From Burkholderiaceae bacterium (lineage in GTDB: Bacteria; Pseudomonadota; Gammaproteobacteria; Burkholderiales; Burkholderiaceae_E), in NCBI GenBank assembly GCA_023954135.1, contig JAMLIN010000001.1:157852-221851 (forward strand): a stretch of DNA of 64,000 bases, in the 5' to 3' direction. The notes below the pieces were generated by a model. That model had not been told where the DNA came from and made no database searches. It was given only the letters and a program-made list of their open reading frames with translations. This document shows, piece after piece, positions 35,713-45,968 of the stretch. Numbering within the stretch: position 1 is the stretch's first letter; each line of letters begins with the position of its first letter. Made by a program: the position numbers and the translations under genes.

Positions 35713-36960
35713 TTACTGCGCCTGCCTGGCGAACTCGGCCGATTCCTTCCTGACGACTTCCATGACCACGTCGGTGTAGGCGGCGAACCAGTCGGATTGC
35801 GGCACCCACTTCTCGCCGTCCCACATCTCGATGCGGGTCTTGCCGCCGCCACCATGGTCCTGCGCCGTCACGGTGACGGGCGCGATCAGGCCGTTGGCGT
35901 CGAAATCCTTCAGGCTCTCGAGGCCGGCCTTGATCTTGGCGGGCGTGAGCGGCAGGCCCTCGTTCTTGACCGCCTGCCGGATGCCTTCGTACAGCACCGA
36001 GTACATCGCCAGCCCGGTGTTGTAGTAGACGTCCTCGGTCAGCTTGCGGTCGCCGCTGCCCTTGCCCTTCTCGTAGAGCTCGGCAAGGATCTCCTTGATC
36101 AGCGGATGGTCCTGTCCGCCCTGGACGTTCGTGCCGCGCTTGATCCCCTTGGCCTCGGCCAGGCCGATGTTGGCGAGGTCGACCTCGTTCAGCCAGTTGA
36201 CGCTGATCAGCTTGTCCATCGGGATGCCGTTGCGCTTCATCTCGCGGGCGGCCACCACATGCATCGCCGACAGGTTCCAGGTGATCACCCAGTCGGGATT
36301 GAAGCGCCGGATCTGCGTCCAGACAGCGGCCTGGTCACGACCCGGCAGCGGGTTCGGGAACAGGCCGAGCTCGGCGCCTTCCTTGTCGGTGATCGTCCTG
36401 AGCACCGCGATCGGCTCCTGGCCGAAGGCATAGTCGGGATAGATGAAGGCGATCTTCACGTCCTTCAGGCTGCCGTTGCTCTGGGTCTTGATGTAGTGGA
36501 CGTTGTTGGCCATCTGCCCCCAGTAGGTCGGCCCGATCGGGAAGATCCACTTGAAGACGTTGCCGTCGATCGCATCGCCGCGGCCGACGAAGGACTGGCC
36601 CATCACGTTGCCGTCAGCCATCGCCCGCGGCAGCACCGCGCGCGACACCGGCGTCGAGAGGAAGTCGAAGACCATCACGCCTTCGCGCTTGAGCTTCTCG
36701 TAGCACTCGATCCCGCGTTGCGGCTCGTTGCCATGGTCCTGCACGACGACTTCGATCGGCGTCCCCTCCAGCCCGCCCTTGGAGTTGATGAGGGTCGCGA
36801 GGTCCTTGGCCGCCTGCACCACCTGCGGGCTGACGAAGGTGTATGCCTTGCTCAGGTCGTAGCACACGCCGACCTTGACCGGCTGCCCCTGCGCCGCGGC
36901 CGAGGATGCGCCCGCGAGCATCGTCAGGCCCGCCAGGGCCGATAGCAAAGTGCGTTTCAT
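35713..36960 (-). CDS. ABC transporter periplasmic substrate-binding protein (LivK/type I PBP family)
   Basis: ATG at 36960. Signal peptide MKRTLLSALAGLTMLAGASSAAAQ. Last gene of the second liv-type operon. Confidence 0.85.
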   Translation of the reverse strand: MKRTLLSALAGLTMLAGASSAAAQGQPVKVGVCYDLSKAYTFVSPQVVQAAKDLATLINSKGGLEGTPIEVVVQDHGNEPQRGIECYEKLKREGVMVFDFLSTPVSRAVLPRAMADGNVMGQSFVGRGDAIDGNVFKWIFPIGPTYWGQMANNVHYIKTQSNGSLKDVKIAFIYPDYAFGQEPIAVLRTITDKEGAELGLFPNPLPGRDQAAVWTQIRRFNPDWVITWNLSAMHVVAAREMKRNGIPMDKLISVNWLNEVDLANIGLAEAKGIKRGTNVQGGQDHPLIKEILAELYEKGKGSGDRKLTEDVYYNTGLAMYSVLYEGIRQAVKNEGLPLTPAKIKAGLESLKDFDANGLIAPVTVTAQDHGGGGKTRIEMWDGEKWVPQSDWFAAYTDVVMEVVRKESAEFARQAQ

Positions 36961-37062
36961 GCAATGTCTCCCGCGCGTACGGATGGAACGGCGTTCATGG
37001 GGCACCGAGTACGCTCATGCCCGGAACGTGGATCTGGTGGCGCCGGATACCGCGGCATCACG

Positions 37063-37889
<827 letters not shown>

Positions 37890-37893
<4 letters not shown>

Positions 37894-38963
37894 TTGCGCT
37901 GATAGCCGAAGGGCCAGACCATCAGGTAGTTGCGGATGTTGCCGTAGAGCTTGCCCAACCCCATCGGCTCGATCAGCAGGACCGCGATGATCGATGCGCC
38001 GTAAACCATGTGCGGCACGTGCGCGAGGGTCTCGACCCCGATGTCCAGGCCGAAGAGATGCGCGATCCATGCGACCAGGGCATTCATCTGGCCGGGCAGC
38101 AGCAGGATGAAGGCGGTGCCCATGTAGCTGCCGATGATGCTGCCCAGCCCGCCCACGATCACCATGGCGAGCAGCTGGATCGACACGTTGACCGAGAACT
38201 GCTCGGGTGTCACCGCCTGGTAGTAGCAGAAGATGAGGATCGCGCCGCTCACGCCGCCGATGAAGGCCGATGCGGCGAAGGCGACCAGCTTGTAGTAGAA
38301 GCTGCGCACCCCGATCACCGCCGCGGCGTAGTCCTTCTCGCGCACCGCCACCAGCGCCCGGCCGAGCGCGGTGCGGCGCAGGTTGAGCATGAAGCTGGTG
38401 ACCAGCGCGCACCAGGCGAGCACGATCAGGTAGGTGCCGTACTCGGAGGTGACGGGCTGACCCAGCAGCCGCGGCGCCGAGGCCTGCAGGGTCGCCGATA
38501 CCCCCCCGCTGATGGCCGGCACATGGGAGATCACCCAGTCCATCACGAACTGCATCGCGAGGGTCGAGAGCGCGAGGTACAGGCCCTTGACCCGCAGCGC
38601 GGCGAAGGCGAACACCACTCCGACCACGGCCGCCATCAGCCCGCCGAGGACGATCGCGATCTCCCAGGGCACTCCGTGACGCGTCGCGTGCACCGAGGCG
38701 TAGGCGCCGATTCCCATCACCGCGGCGTAGCCGAAGTGGAATTGCCCGGCCCAGCCGATGATCAGGTTCAGCCCCAGCACCGCCGAAGTCCAGACCAGCC
38801 AGGGCAGGACGTAGCTGGTGAGGACGAGCGAACTCAGCAGCATGGGCGCCGCTAGCGCGAAGGCGAACAGCACGAACATCGCGCGCCGCTCGAACGGGAT
38901 CGGGAACAGCGCCCGGTCGCCGGCGTAGTCGGTATGGAAGATGCCGGCCTGGCGATAGAGCAT
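37890..38963 (-). CDS. branched-chain-type ABC transporter permease (LivM-like)
   Basis: Polytopic membrane protein with the GQFHFGYAAVMGIGAY motif. Confidence 0.9.
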
Positions 38964-38966
38964 GGC

Positions 38967-39854
38967 TCAGATTCTCTCGATGTCCTCACGGCCGAAGAAG
39001 CCGTGTGGCCGGACCATGATGGTGAGGATCAGCACCGTGGCGATCACGAGCTCCCGGGTGCCGCCACCGAGCATCGGATCGAGGATGCCCGAGGCGACGC
39101 TCTCGAGGATGCCGAGGAGCAGCCCCGCGAGGATCGCGCCACCGATGCTGTCGAGCCCGCCGAGCACCCCGACGGTGATGCCCTTGAGCAGCAGCAGCGC
39201 CAGGCCCTGGTCGACCGTCTGGACCGAGCCCCACAGCACGCCGGCGGTCGTCGCGACCACCGAGGACAGCGCCCAGGAGAGCGCGACGCCGCGCTCGACC
39301 GAGATGCCGACCGACCAGGAGGCGGTGTAGTCGTCGGCGATCGCCCGCAGCACCACCCCGCGACGGGTACGGAAGAACAGCATGAAGACGACGAACAGCA
39401 CCAGCGAGACCGCCGCGCCGGTCGCGTAGGATCGGTTCAGCAGCAGCGGGCCGAGGAAGAGCGGATCGTCGCTGATGCCGATGTCCAGCGGCCGGCCGCT
39501 GCCGCCGCCGATCGACAGCGCGGTCGCCTCTAGGAAGATGGCGACCCCGAGCGTCATCATGAGGATCATCACCACCGGCCGGCCGGCAAGCCGGCGCAGC
39601 GCCACCCGCTCGATGCCGGCGCCGAGGAAGAACATCGCCACCATGGCCAGCGGTATCGCGAGCCACATGGGCGCGCCGAGCCCGTTGGCGAAGGCGAGCA
39701 CCATGTAGGCGCCGACCATGGTCAGGGCGCCCTGGGCAAGGTTGGGTACCGAGGACGACTTGTAGATGAGCACCACGCCCATCGCGACCAGGGCGTACAT
39801 CAGCCCGGCCATCGCGCCGTTGATGGCGAGTTCGAGCAGGTAGAGTGCATCCAT
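38967..39854 (-). CDS. branched-chain-type ABC transporter permease (LivH-like)
   Basis: MDALYLLELAINGAMAGLMYALVAMGVVLIYKSSSVPNLAQG. Confidence 0.9.
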   Translation of the reverse strand: MDALYLLELAINGAMAGLMYALVAMGVVLIYKSSSVPNLAQGALTMVGAYMVLAFANGLGAPMWLAIPLAMVAMFFLGAGIERVALRRLAGRPVVMILMMTLGVAIFLEATALSIGGGSGRPLDIGISDDPLFLGPLLLNRSYATGAAVSLVLFVVFMLFFRTRRGVVLRAIADDYTASWSVGISVERGVALSWALSSVVATTAGVLWGSVQTVDQGLALLLLKGITVGVLGGLDSIGGAILAGLLLGILESVASGILDPMLGGGTRELVIATVLILTIMVRPHGFFGREDIERI

Positions 39855-39857
39855 GCC

Positions 39858-41786
39858 TCAGGGCTCCCTGATCGCGAGCAGGCGCTCGGTGACGCCGACT
39901 TCGCCGTTCTCGTAGACGATCTGCGCCCGCATGGCGACCGAGTCGGCCCCGGCGTAGATCGCGTCGATGATCGGCGCATAGCGCTCCTCGACGACGTTGC
40001 GCCGCAGCTTGCGGGTCCGGGTGATCTCGCCGTCGTCGGCGTCGAATTCCTTGTGCAGGCTGGCGAAGCGTCGCAGCCGCAGGGGTTCGGCAAGGGTCGC
40101 GTTGACGTGCCGGATGGCCTGGGCGATCAGCTCGAGCACTTCCGGCTTCTGCGACAGGTCGGCATACGATACGTAGGAGATGCCGCGCACCTCGGCCCAG
40201 TGGCCCACCGGTTCGCGATCGATGCAGACGATGGCGCCCAGCATCTCCCGCCCCTTGCCGAGCACGGCCACGTCGCGGATGAACGGGCTGAACTTGAGCC
40301 GGTTCTCGATGTAGTTCGGGATGTAGCGCTCGCCGGCCGCGGTATGCACCACCTCGGACAGGCGCCCGAGCACCACCAGCTGACCGTCGGGCTCGATGTA
40401 GCCGGCATCGCCCGTGTGCAGCCAGCCGTCCTCCAGGGTCTCGCGGGTCGCTTCCTCGTTGTGGTAGTAGCCGCCGAAGACGCTTTCCGAGCGCAGCATG
40501 ATCTCGCCGGAATCGGCGATGCGGGCCTCTACCCCCGGCAGCGGCCGGCCGACGGTATGGAGCCTGACCTCGTCGGGCGCATGCATGGCGTTGAAGGCGC
40601 TGGCCTCGGTCTGGCCGTAGAGCTGGCGCAGCCGCACCCCGAGCGCCCGGTAGAAGACGAAGGTGTCCTCGCCGATCGCCTCGCCCCCGGTGAAGGCGTT
40701 GCGCAGCCCGGTAAGGCCCATCTGGTCCTTGATCGGCCCGGCGACCAGCCATTCGCCGACCGGACGCAGCAGGCGCTGGGCAGCGGTGGGCGGCAGGCCT
40801 TCGAGCTTGCGGCGCTCGGCCGCGATCGCGTTGGCCATGAAGAAGTCGTAGAGCCACTTCTTCAGGGGCGTGGAGTCCTCCATGCGGACCTGCACCGTGG
40901 TCAGCATGTTGTCCCAGCTGCGCGGCGCCGCGAGATAGTAGGTCGGGGCGATCTCGCGCAGGTTCTGCAGCACGGTCTCCTGGCGTTCGGGGATGTTGAT
41001 CGTGAACACCAGCGATATCCCCGCGCCCATGGTAATCGCGAAGTCGCCCACCCAGGCCATCGGCAGGTAGGAGAGGATCTGCTCGCCGAAGTCGAAGGAC
41101 TGCGCCGCATGGGCATTGCGCACCCCGGCAAGCACGTTGCGATGCGAGAGGATGATCCCCTTGGGGCGGCCGGTGGTTCCCGACGAATGGATGAAGACCG
41201 CCGGGTCGTCCGGCCCGGCGATCGCGAGCAGGGCTTCGCGCAGGCCCGGCTCGGCCGCGAGCCGGGCGGCGCCTTCCTCGGCCAGGGCCGTCCACGACAG
41301 CAGGCCCGGCGCCTCGTAGGCGGCCAGCCCGCGGGGATCGTCGTAGACGAGATGCTCGAGGGTGGCGCCGCGCTCGCGCAGGTCCAGCCCCTTGTCGACC
41401 TGCTCCTGGTCCTCGGCGAGGACGAAGCGCACGCGCACGTTCTGCACCACGTGCATGATCTCGTCGAGCGTGGCGTCCGGATACACCGGCATCGCGCAGG
41501 CGCCGAGCATGCCGGCGGCGAGCATCCCGACATAGAGCCGCGGCCGGTTGTCGCCCATCACGAGCAGCGCTTCGTCGCGGCCCAGCCCGCGGGCCTGCAA
41601 CGCGGCGGCGCACTGCAGGCTCATCTCGAGGAGCTCACTCCAGGTCGTCTGCTGCCAGATGCCGGCATCCTTCTCGCGGATCGCGATCCGGTCACCATAG
41701 GCCCGGGCATTGGCTTCGAGCAGGCGCGGCAGCGTGGTGTCCGTGCGCAGCTCGCGCGGCGCCGGCCGGCGCTCATGCAGCTTCAC
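39858..41786 (-). CDS. AMP-dependent synthetase/long-chain-acyl-CoA-ligase-like protein embedded in the ABC operon
   Basis: GTG start at 41786. HSSGTTGRPKGIILSH, YGQTE, and C-terminal EITRTRKLRRNVVEERY. Paralogue of 20313..22271. Confidence 0.85.
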   Translation of the reverse strand: MKLHERRPAPRELRTDTTLPRLLEANARAYGDRIAIREKDAGIWQQTTWSELLEMSLQCAAALQARGLGRDEALLVMGDNRPRLYVGMLAAGMLGACAMPVYPDATLDEIMHVVQNVRVRFVLAEDQEQVDKGLDLRERGATLEHLVYDDPRGLAAYEAPGLLSWTALAEEGAARLAAEPGLREALLAIAGPDDPAVFIHSSGTTGRPKGIILSHRNVLAGVRNAHAAQSFDFGEQILSYLPMAWVGDFAITMGAGISLVFTINIPERQETVLQNLREIAPTYYLAAPRSWDNMLTTVQVRMEDSTPLKKWLYDFFMANAIAAERRKLEGLPPTAAQRLLRPVGEWLVAGPIKDQMGLTGLRNAFTGGEAIGEDTFVFYRALGVRLRQLYGQTEASAFNAMHAPDEVRLHTVGRPLPGVEARIADSGEIMLRSESVFGGYYHNEEATRETLEDGWLHTGDAGYIEPDGQLVVLGRLSEVVHTAAGERYIPNYIENRLKFSPFIRDVAVLGKGREMLGAIVCIDREPVGHWAEVRGISYVSYADLSQKPEVLELIAQAIRHVNATLAEPLRLRRFASLHKEFDADDGEITRTRKLRRNVVEERYAPIIDAIYAGADSVAMRAQIVYENGEVGVTERLLAIREP

Positions 41787-42585
41787 CGGCGCCTCCGACT
41801 CCGAGGTAGGCCGCGACGACCCGGGGATCGACGATCACATCGCGCGGGATGCCGGTATCGATGACCTCGCCATAGCTCAGGACCATCATCCGGTCGCAGA
41901 TGCCGGTGATGATGTCCATGTGGTGCTCGATCAGCATCACCGTGACACCGCGCTCGTCGCGCGCATCGAGCACGAAGCGCGCCATGTACTCCTTCTCTTC
42001 CTGGTTCATCCCGGCCATCGGCTCGTCGAGAATCAGGAAGCTGGGCTCGGCCACCAGCGCCCGGGCGAGCTCGACCCGCTTCTTGAGCCCCAGCGGTATG
42101 GCATCGACGGGCTCTTCGCGCACGCTCTGGAGCTGCATGAAGTCGATGATCTCCTCGACCACCGCGCGATGGCGGATCTCGTCGGGCCGCGCCGCCCAGG
42201 GGTAGAGCGCGGTACGCCAGACCCGCGGGCGCATGTGGACATGGCGCCCGAGCAGAATGTTGTCGAGCACCGACATCCCGTTGAACAGGGCCAGGTTCTG
42301 GAACGTGCGCGCCACGCCGAGCTGGGCGACGCGATGCGGCGCAAGGCCGGTGATGTCCTGCCCCTCGAGCAACACCTTGCCCTTCTGGGGCGGGAAGAAG
42401 CCGGTGATGGCATTGGTCATGGTGGTCTTGCCGCTGCCGTTCGGGCCCACCAGCCCGAAGATCTCGCCGCGCTCGATGTGCATGTCGACGCCGGTCACCG
42501 CGACGAGGCCGCCGAAGCGACGCTCGATGCCGCGACACTCGAGCACAGGTCCGGTCCGGCTGTCGCCGGCGGGCACGCCACTCAA
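41773..42585 (-). CDS. branched-chain-type ABC transporter ATP-binding protein (LivG-like)
   Basis: Walker A GPNGSGKTT and ILDEPMAGMN. The start is uncertain (TTG at 42585). Confidence 0.85.
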   Translation of the reverse strand: MSGVPAGDSRTGPVLECRGIERRFGGLVAVTGVDMHIERGEIFGLVGPNGSGKTTMTNAITGFFPPQKGKVLLEGQDITGLAPHRVAQLGVARTFQNLALFNGMSVLDNILLGRHVHMRPRVWRTALYPWAARPDEIRHRAVVEEIIDFMQLQSVREEPVDAIPLGLKKRVELARALVAEPSFLILDEPMAGMNQEEKEYMARFVLDARDERGVTVMLIEHHMDIITGICDRMMVLSYGEVIDTGIPRDVIVDPRVVAAYLGVGGAGEAA

Positions 42586-42912
42586 ATCGTCTCCTCCGTC
42601 ATGGCAACCGGCATGCCGCCGGCAGGATCATGAGGGAACCCTTCGTCATGCACGCCCACGCGACGACGATAGGTAATCATGTTGTTTCATCGTATTCAAA
42701 GCTTCCTGCAACGGCAAGCCCGGACACAGGCCGGAACCGGGTCTTTTCATGAAGGGATATCGCGTATTGCAGTGCAGGAGCAAGCATGAGCAGCCGGGGC
42801 GACCTCGAGGCCCACATAGGCAACCCATTGCGTATTTCGAGCCGGCATCCGGGACGGGTTAACATCCTTGCACGGCCGTCCCGGGGCCGTCGCAAGGACT
42901 GTCAGGCGCCAT

Positions 42913-43869
42913 ATGCTCAGCTTCCTACCACCGACAGCGCGCGGCGGCATCGCCGCCATCCTGCTCGTCCTCAACATCCTTGCCTGGACCCTGGCGCTCT
43001 TCGCCCTGGCGCTGGTGCGCCTCGTGCTGCCATTCCAGCCGGTACGGCGCCGACTCGATCCCTGGCTCAACCGCGTCGCGACCGCCTGGATCTCCGGCAA
43101 CAGCGCCTGGATGCGGCTCACCCAGCGCACCGACTGGGATGTCGACGGCATCGAGGGGCTCGATCCCCGGGGCTGGTACATGGTGAGCGCCAATCACCAG
43201 ACCTGGGTCGACATCTTCGTCCTTCAGCATGTCCTCAACCGGCGCATCCCGCTGCTGAAGTTCTTCCTCAAGCACGAGCTGATCTGGGTCCCGGTGATGG
43301 GCCTGGCCTGGTGGGCGCTCGACTTCCCGTTCATGCGCCGGCATTCGGACGCCTACCTGCGCGAGCATCCCGAGAAGCGTTTCGAGGACCTGGAAACCTC
43401 GAAGCGCGCCTGCGAGAAGTTCGCCCTGGTGCCGACCAGCGTCATGAACTTCCCCGAGGGCACCCGCTTCACCGCGCACAAGCACGCCGCCCAGCGCTCG
43501 CCCTACGCCCACCTCCTGCGGCCCAAGGCGGGAGCGCTCGCCCTGTCGCTCGCGGTCCTCGGCGAGCAGTTCCGCTCCTTCCTCGACGTGACGATCGTCT
43601 ATCCGGACGGCGCCCCGAGCTTCTGGCAGTTTCTCTGCGGCCGGGTTCCGCGGATCATCGTGCGGGTGCGCCGCCTCGAGGTGCCCGAGGCGCTGCGCGG
43701 CGGGGATCCGATCACCGATTCGCGCCTGCGCAAGGCGGTGCATCGCTGGCAACTCCAGCTCTGGGCCGAGAAGGACGCGCTCATCGCCGGGCTGCTCGAT
43801 GCCGCGAGCCGCGGGCCGTCGGGCCCTGCGCCGACGGCAACCCGCGCCGATGAATCACTCGCCGGATAG
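42913..43869 (+). CDS. membrane acyltransferase (PlsC/YihG-like lysophospholipid acyltransferase family)
   Basis: ATG at 42913. N-terminal TM helices, HX4D motif NHQTWVD, and the downstream FPEGTR motif. Confidence 0.75.
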   Translation: MLSFLPPTARGGIAAILLVLNILAWTLALFALALVRLVLPFQPVRRRLDPWLNRVATAWISGNSAWMRLTQRTDWDVDGIEGLDPRGWYMVSANHQTWVDIFVLQHVLNRRIPLLKFFLKHELIWVPVMGLAWWALDFPFMRRHSDAYLREHPEKRFEDLETSKRACEKFALVPTSVMNFPEGTRFTAHKHAAQRSPYAHLLRPKAGALALSLAVLGEQFRSFLDVTIVYPDGAPSFWQFLCGRVPRIIVRVRRLEVPEALRGGDPITDSRLRKAVHRWQLQLWAEKDALIAGLLDAASRGPSGPAPTATRADESLAG

Positions 43870-43901
43870 GCGAACCCTCCGGTCGCGCCCTGCCGCGAGC
43901 C

Positions 43902-45176
43902 TCATGAGGTGCTCCGGCGATGGATCTCGTCGAGGACCGGCAGAAGGTGGCCGCGGAAGCGCGCCGGGTTCTCGACCATTGGGAAGTGCCCGAGGCCGGG
44001 CATCATGGCGGCGGCCGCGCCGGGGATCCGGGCCGCCGTCGCGGCGCTGTTCTCGGCCCGGCACGAGTAGTCGTACTCGCCGGTGAGCAGCCAGACCGCG
44101 CATCGGCCGGTGTCGATCCGCCCGGCATGCTCGCGAAAGCGGCTATCGGCACGAAAGAAGTGCATGTCGCCCTCGAACACGTAGGAACCGCCCTGCTGGT
44201 AGTGCCACAGGGTCTCGGCGCGGGCCGCGGGCGGGCTCTGCGGGGCGCACAGGCCCGACACCAGCGCCGCGCAGAACTCGCCGCTCGCGAAATCCCGGGC
44301 GCCGAGCCAGCTGTCGTCCCACCAGGGCGAGGGCTCGTCGGTCGCCTCCAGGCCGATCACCGCCCGGAAGCGGTCGCCATGGTCGGCCGCGAGCGGGAAC
44401 ACCACCCGCCCGCCCATCGAGCAGCCCATCACCACCGGACGGTCGAGCCCGAGCGCGTCGGCGAAGCCGACGATCGCGCCGACATAGAACGACGGCGTGA
44501 GCTGGTAGCGCTGCGTCATCCAGTCATCGGGCGGGTTCGACTTGCCATGCCAGGGCAGGTCGAACGCGATCACCCGGAAGCGGTCCGTGATCGCGGGATC
44601 GCACATCAGGTGGCGAAACTGGTTCGAATGGGCGCCGGCGGTATGCAGGCACAGCAGGGGAATGCCGCTGCCGGCCTCCTCGAAGTAGACCCGGTGGGGC
44701 CGGCCTTCGATCGGGTAATGCACATAGCCGCCGCGAATCGGCTCGAAGCGCACCCCGGCCGGAGCGTCGGCGGCCGGATCGGGGTCCGGCTTCGCCGGAT
44801 CCGGATCGAACTCGCGAGGCAGCTCGAACAATGCCTTGAGGAAGGGCAAGGCGCCGCGCAGGCGATCCACGTCGCCGCTGATCTCGACGTGCCCGTAGCT
44901 CGACATCGCGAAGAGATCATGAAAGCCGCGGGGCGGAATCGCGCGCCAGAACTTCATCCAGTTCTGCTCCGGCGCGGCGAAGCCGAGATGGGAGCGTCGC
45001 ATGTGGAAAGGTCCCGCATCGATCGCGACGATCCGCCCGGCCGCGATGCGCATGAACCACGGCGTCGCATCGATCCGCAGGCAGACGTCGAGCGTGACAT
45101 CGCGGCCGAGCCATGCGAGCGCCGGGCGGGTGTCGGCCAGCGCGCGCCAGCGTTCGAACCATTCCATGCCGATCAT
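43902..45176 (-). CDS. alpha/beta-fold hydrolase with an N-terminal ~140-aa SCP2-like extension
   Basis: C-terminal part: LLCLHTAGAHSNQF, nucleophile elbow GCSMGG, GLGHFP. The N-terminal part ends ...VEISGDVDRLRGALPFLKALFE, reminiscent of SCP2 sterol-carrier domains. Confidence 0.65.
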   Translation of the reverse strand: MIGMEWFERWRALADTRPALAWLGRDVTLDVCLRIDATPWFMRIAAGRIVAIDAGPFHMRRSHLGFAAPEQNWMKFWRAIPPRGFHDLFAMSSYGHVEISGDVDRLRGALPFLKALFELPREFDPDPAKPDPDPAADAPAGVRFEPIRGGYVHYPIEGRPHRVYFEEAGSGIPLLCLHTAGAHSNQFRHLMCDPAITDRFRVIAFDLPWHGKSNPPDDWMTQRYQLTPSFYVGAIVGFADALGLDRPVVMGCSMGGRVVFPLAADHGDRFRAVIGLEATDEPSPWWDDSWLGARDFASGEFCAALVSGLCAPQSPPAARAETLWHYQQGGSYVFEGDMHFFRADSRFREHAGRIDTGRCAVWLLTGEYDYSCRAENSAATAARIPGAAAAMMPGLGHFPMVENPARFRGHLLPVLDEIHRRSTS

Positions 45177-45218
45177 CGGTCTCCTCCCCGGCTGGCGCAG
45201 CAGGCGCGGCGCCGTTTC

Positions 45219-45935
45219 CTACTCTAGCACCGGGTCGACCGAGCCCGATCGCGACGGACGGCCGTGGCCCCGGGTGAAGGCTTCGACATGGTCCATCAGG
45301 ACATCGAACTCGGCGGCGGCCCGAGCCTCGTCGCCGCGTGCGATCTGTCGTGCGGTCCGCGCATAGGAGCGCGCGATATCGGGCTGCTCGGCGGCACTAC
45401 GGTAGTTCAGCACCCAGAAGCGGCGCACCAGGCCGCGCATGGCGGCCATCGCGCCAGCGGAGAACTCATTGCGGGCAGTCTCGCGGCACAGGACGATGAA
45501 GCGCCGGTTCGCGCGCCGGAAGAGCTGCCAGTCGCCGGAATACGCCGCGTCGTCGAAGGCATCGGCAAGCCGCGCGAAGTCGTCGCGTTCGGTGGCATCG
45601 GCGAGCCGGGCCGCCTGCCGGACGACCAGGCGCTCGATCTCGCGCCGCACCTCGAGCATCCGCAACTGCTGCGCCGGGTCGATCTCGCTCACCCGGTAGC
45701 CACGATGCGGCAGGACTTCGATGAGATGCTCGCGGGCGAGCCGCTGCAGCGCTTCCCGGATCGGCGTGCGGCCGAGCCCGAGCCGAGCCGCGAGCATGGC
45801 CTCCGAGACCGGCGCCCCCGGCAGCAGCTCGAGCTCCACGATCATCTCCTCGAGACGCTCGTGCGCCTCCTCGCTGAGCGGGCGCCTGGGGTGTCCGTCA
45901 TGGCGGGAGGGGGAAGGCTTGGCGGTGCGCGGCAT
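45219..45935 (-). CDS. GntR-family (FadR/FCD-type) transcriptional regulator
   Basis: ATG at 45935. HTH LPGAPVSEAMLAARLGLGRTPIREALQRLAREHLIEVLPHRGYRV. Confidence 0.85.
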   Translation of the reverse strand: MPRTAKPSPSRHDGHPRRPLSEEAHERLEEMIVELELLPGAPVSEAMLAARLGLGRTPIREALQRLAREHLIEVLPHRGYRVSEIDPAQQLRMLEVRREIERLVVRQAARLADATERDDFARLADAFDDAAYSGDWQLFRRANRRFIVLCRETARNEFSAGAMAAMRGLVRRFWVLNYRSAAEQPDIARSYARTARQIARGDEARAAAEFDVLMDHVEAFTRGHGRPSRSGSVDPVLE

Positions 45936-45968
45936 CGGGTGGCAATCGAGCTGGCCCAATCTAGCACT

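Noticed and set aside
42849-42884. 9-bp-stem hairpin (CCGGGACGG-N18-CCGTCCCGG) about 30 nt upstream of the acyltransferase start.
   Set aside because: It is an isolated GC-rich stem in a GC-rich genome with a large loop and no flanking U-tract or recognisable riboswitch or attenuator context. I judged it insufficient to call a regulatory RNA.
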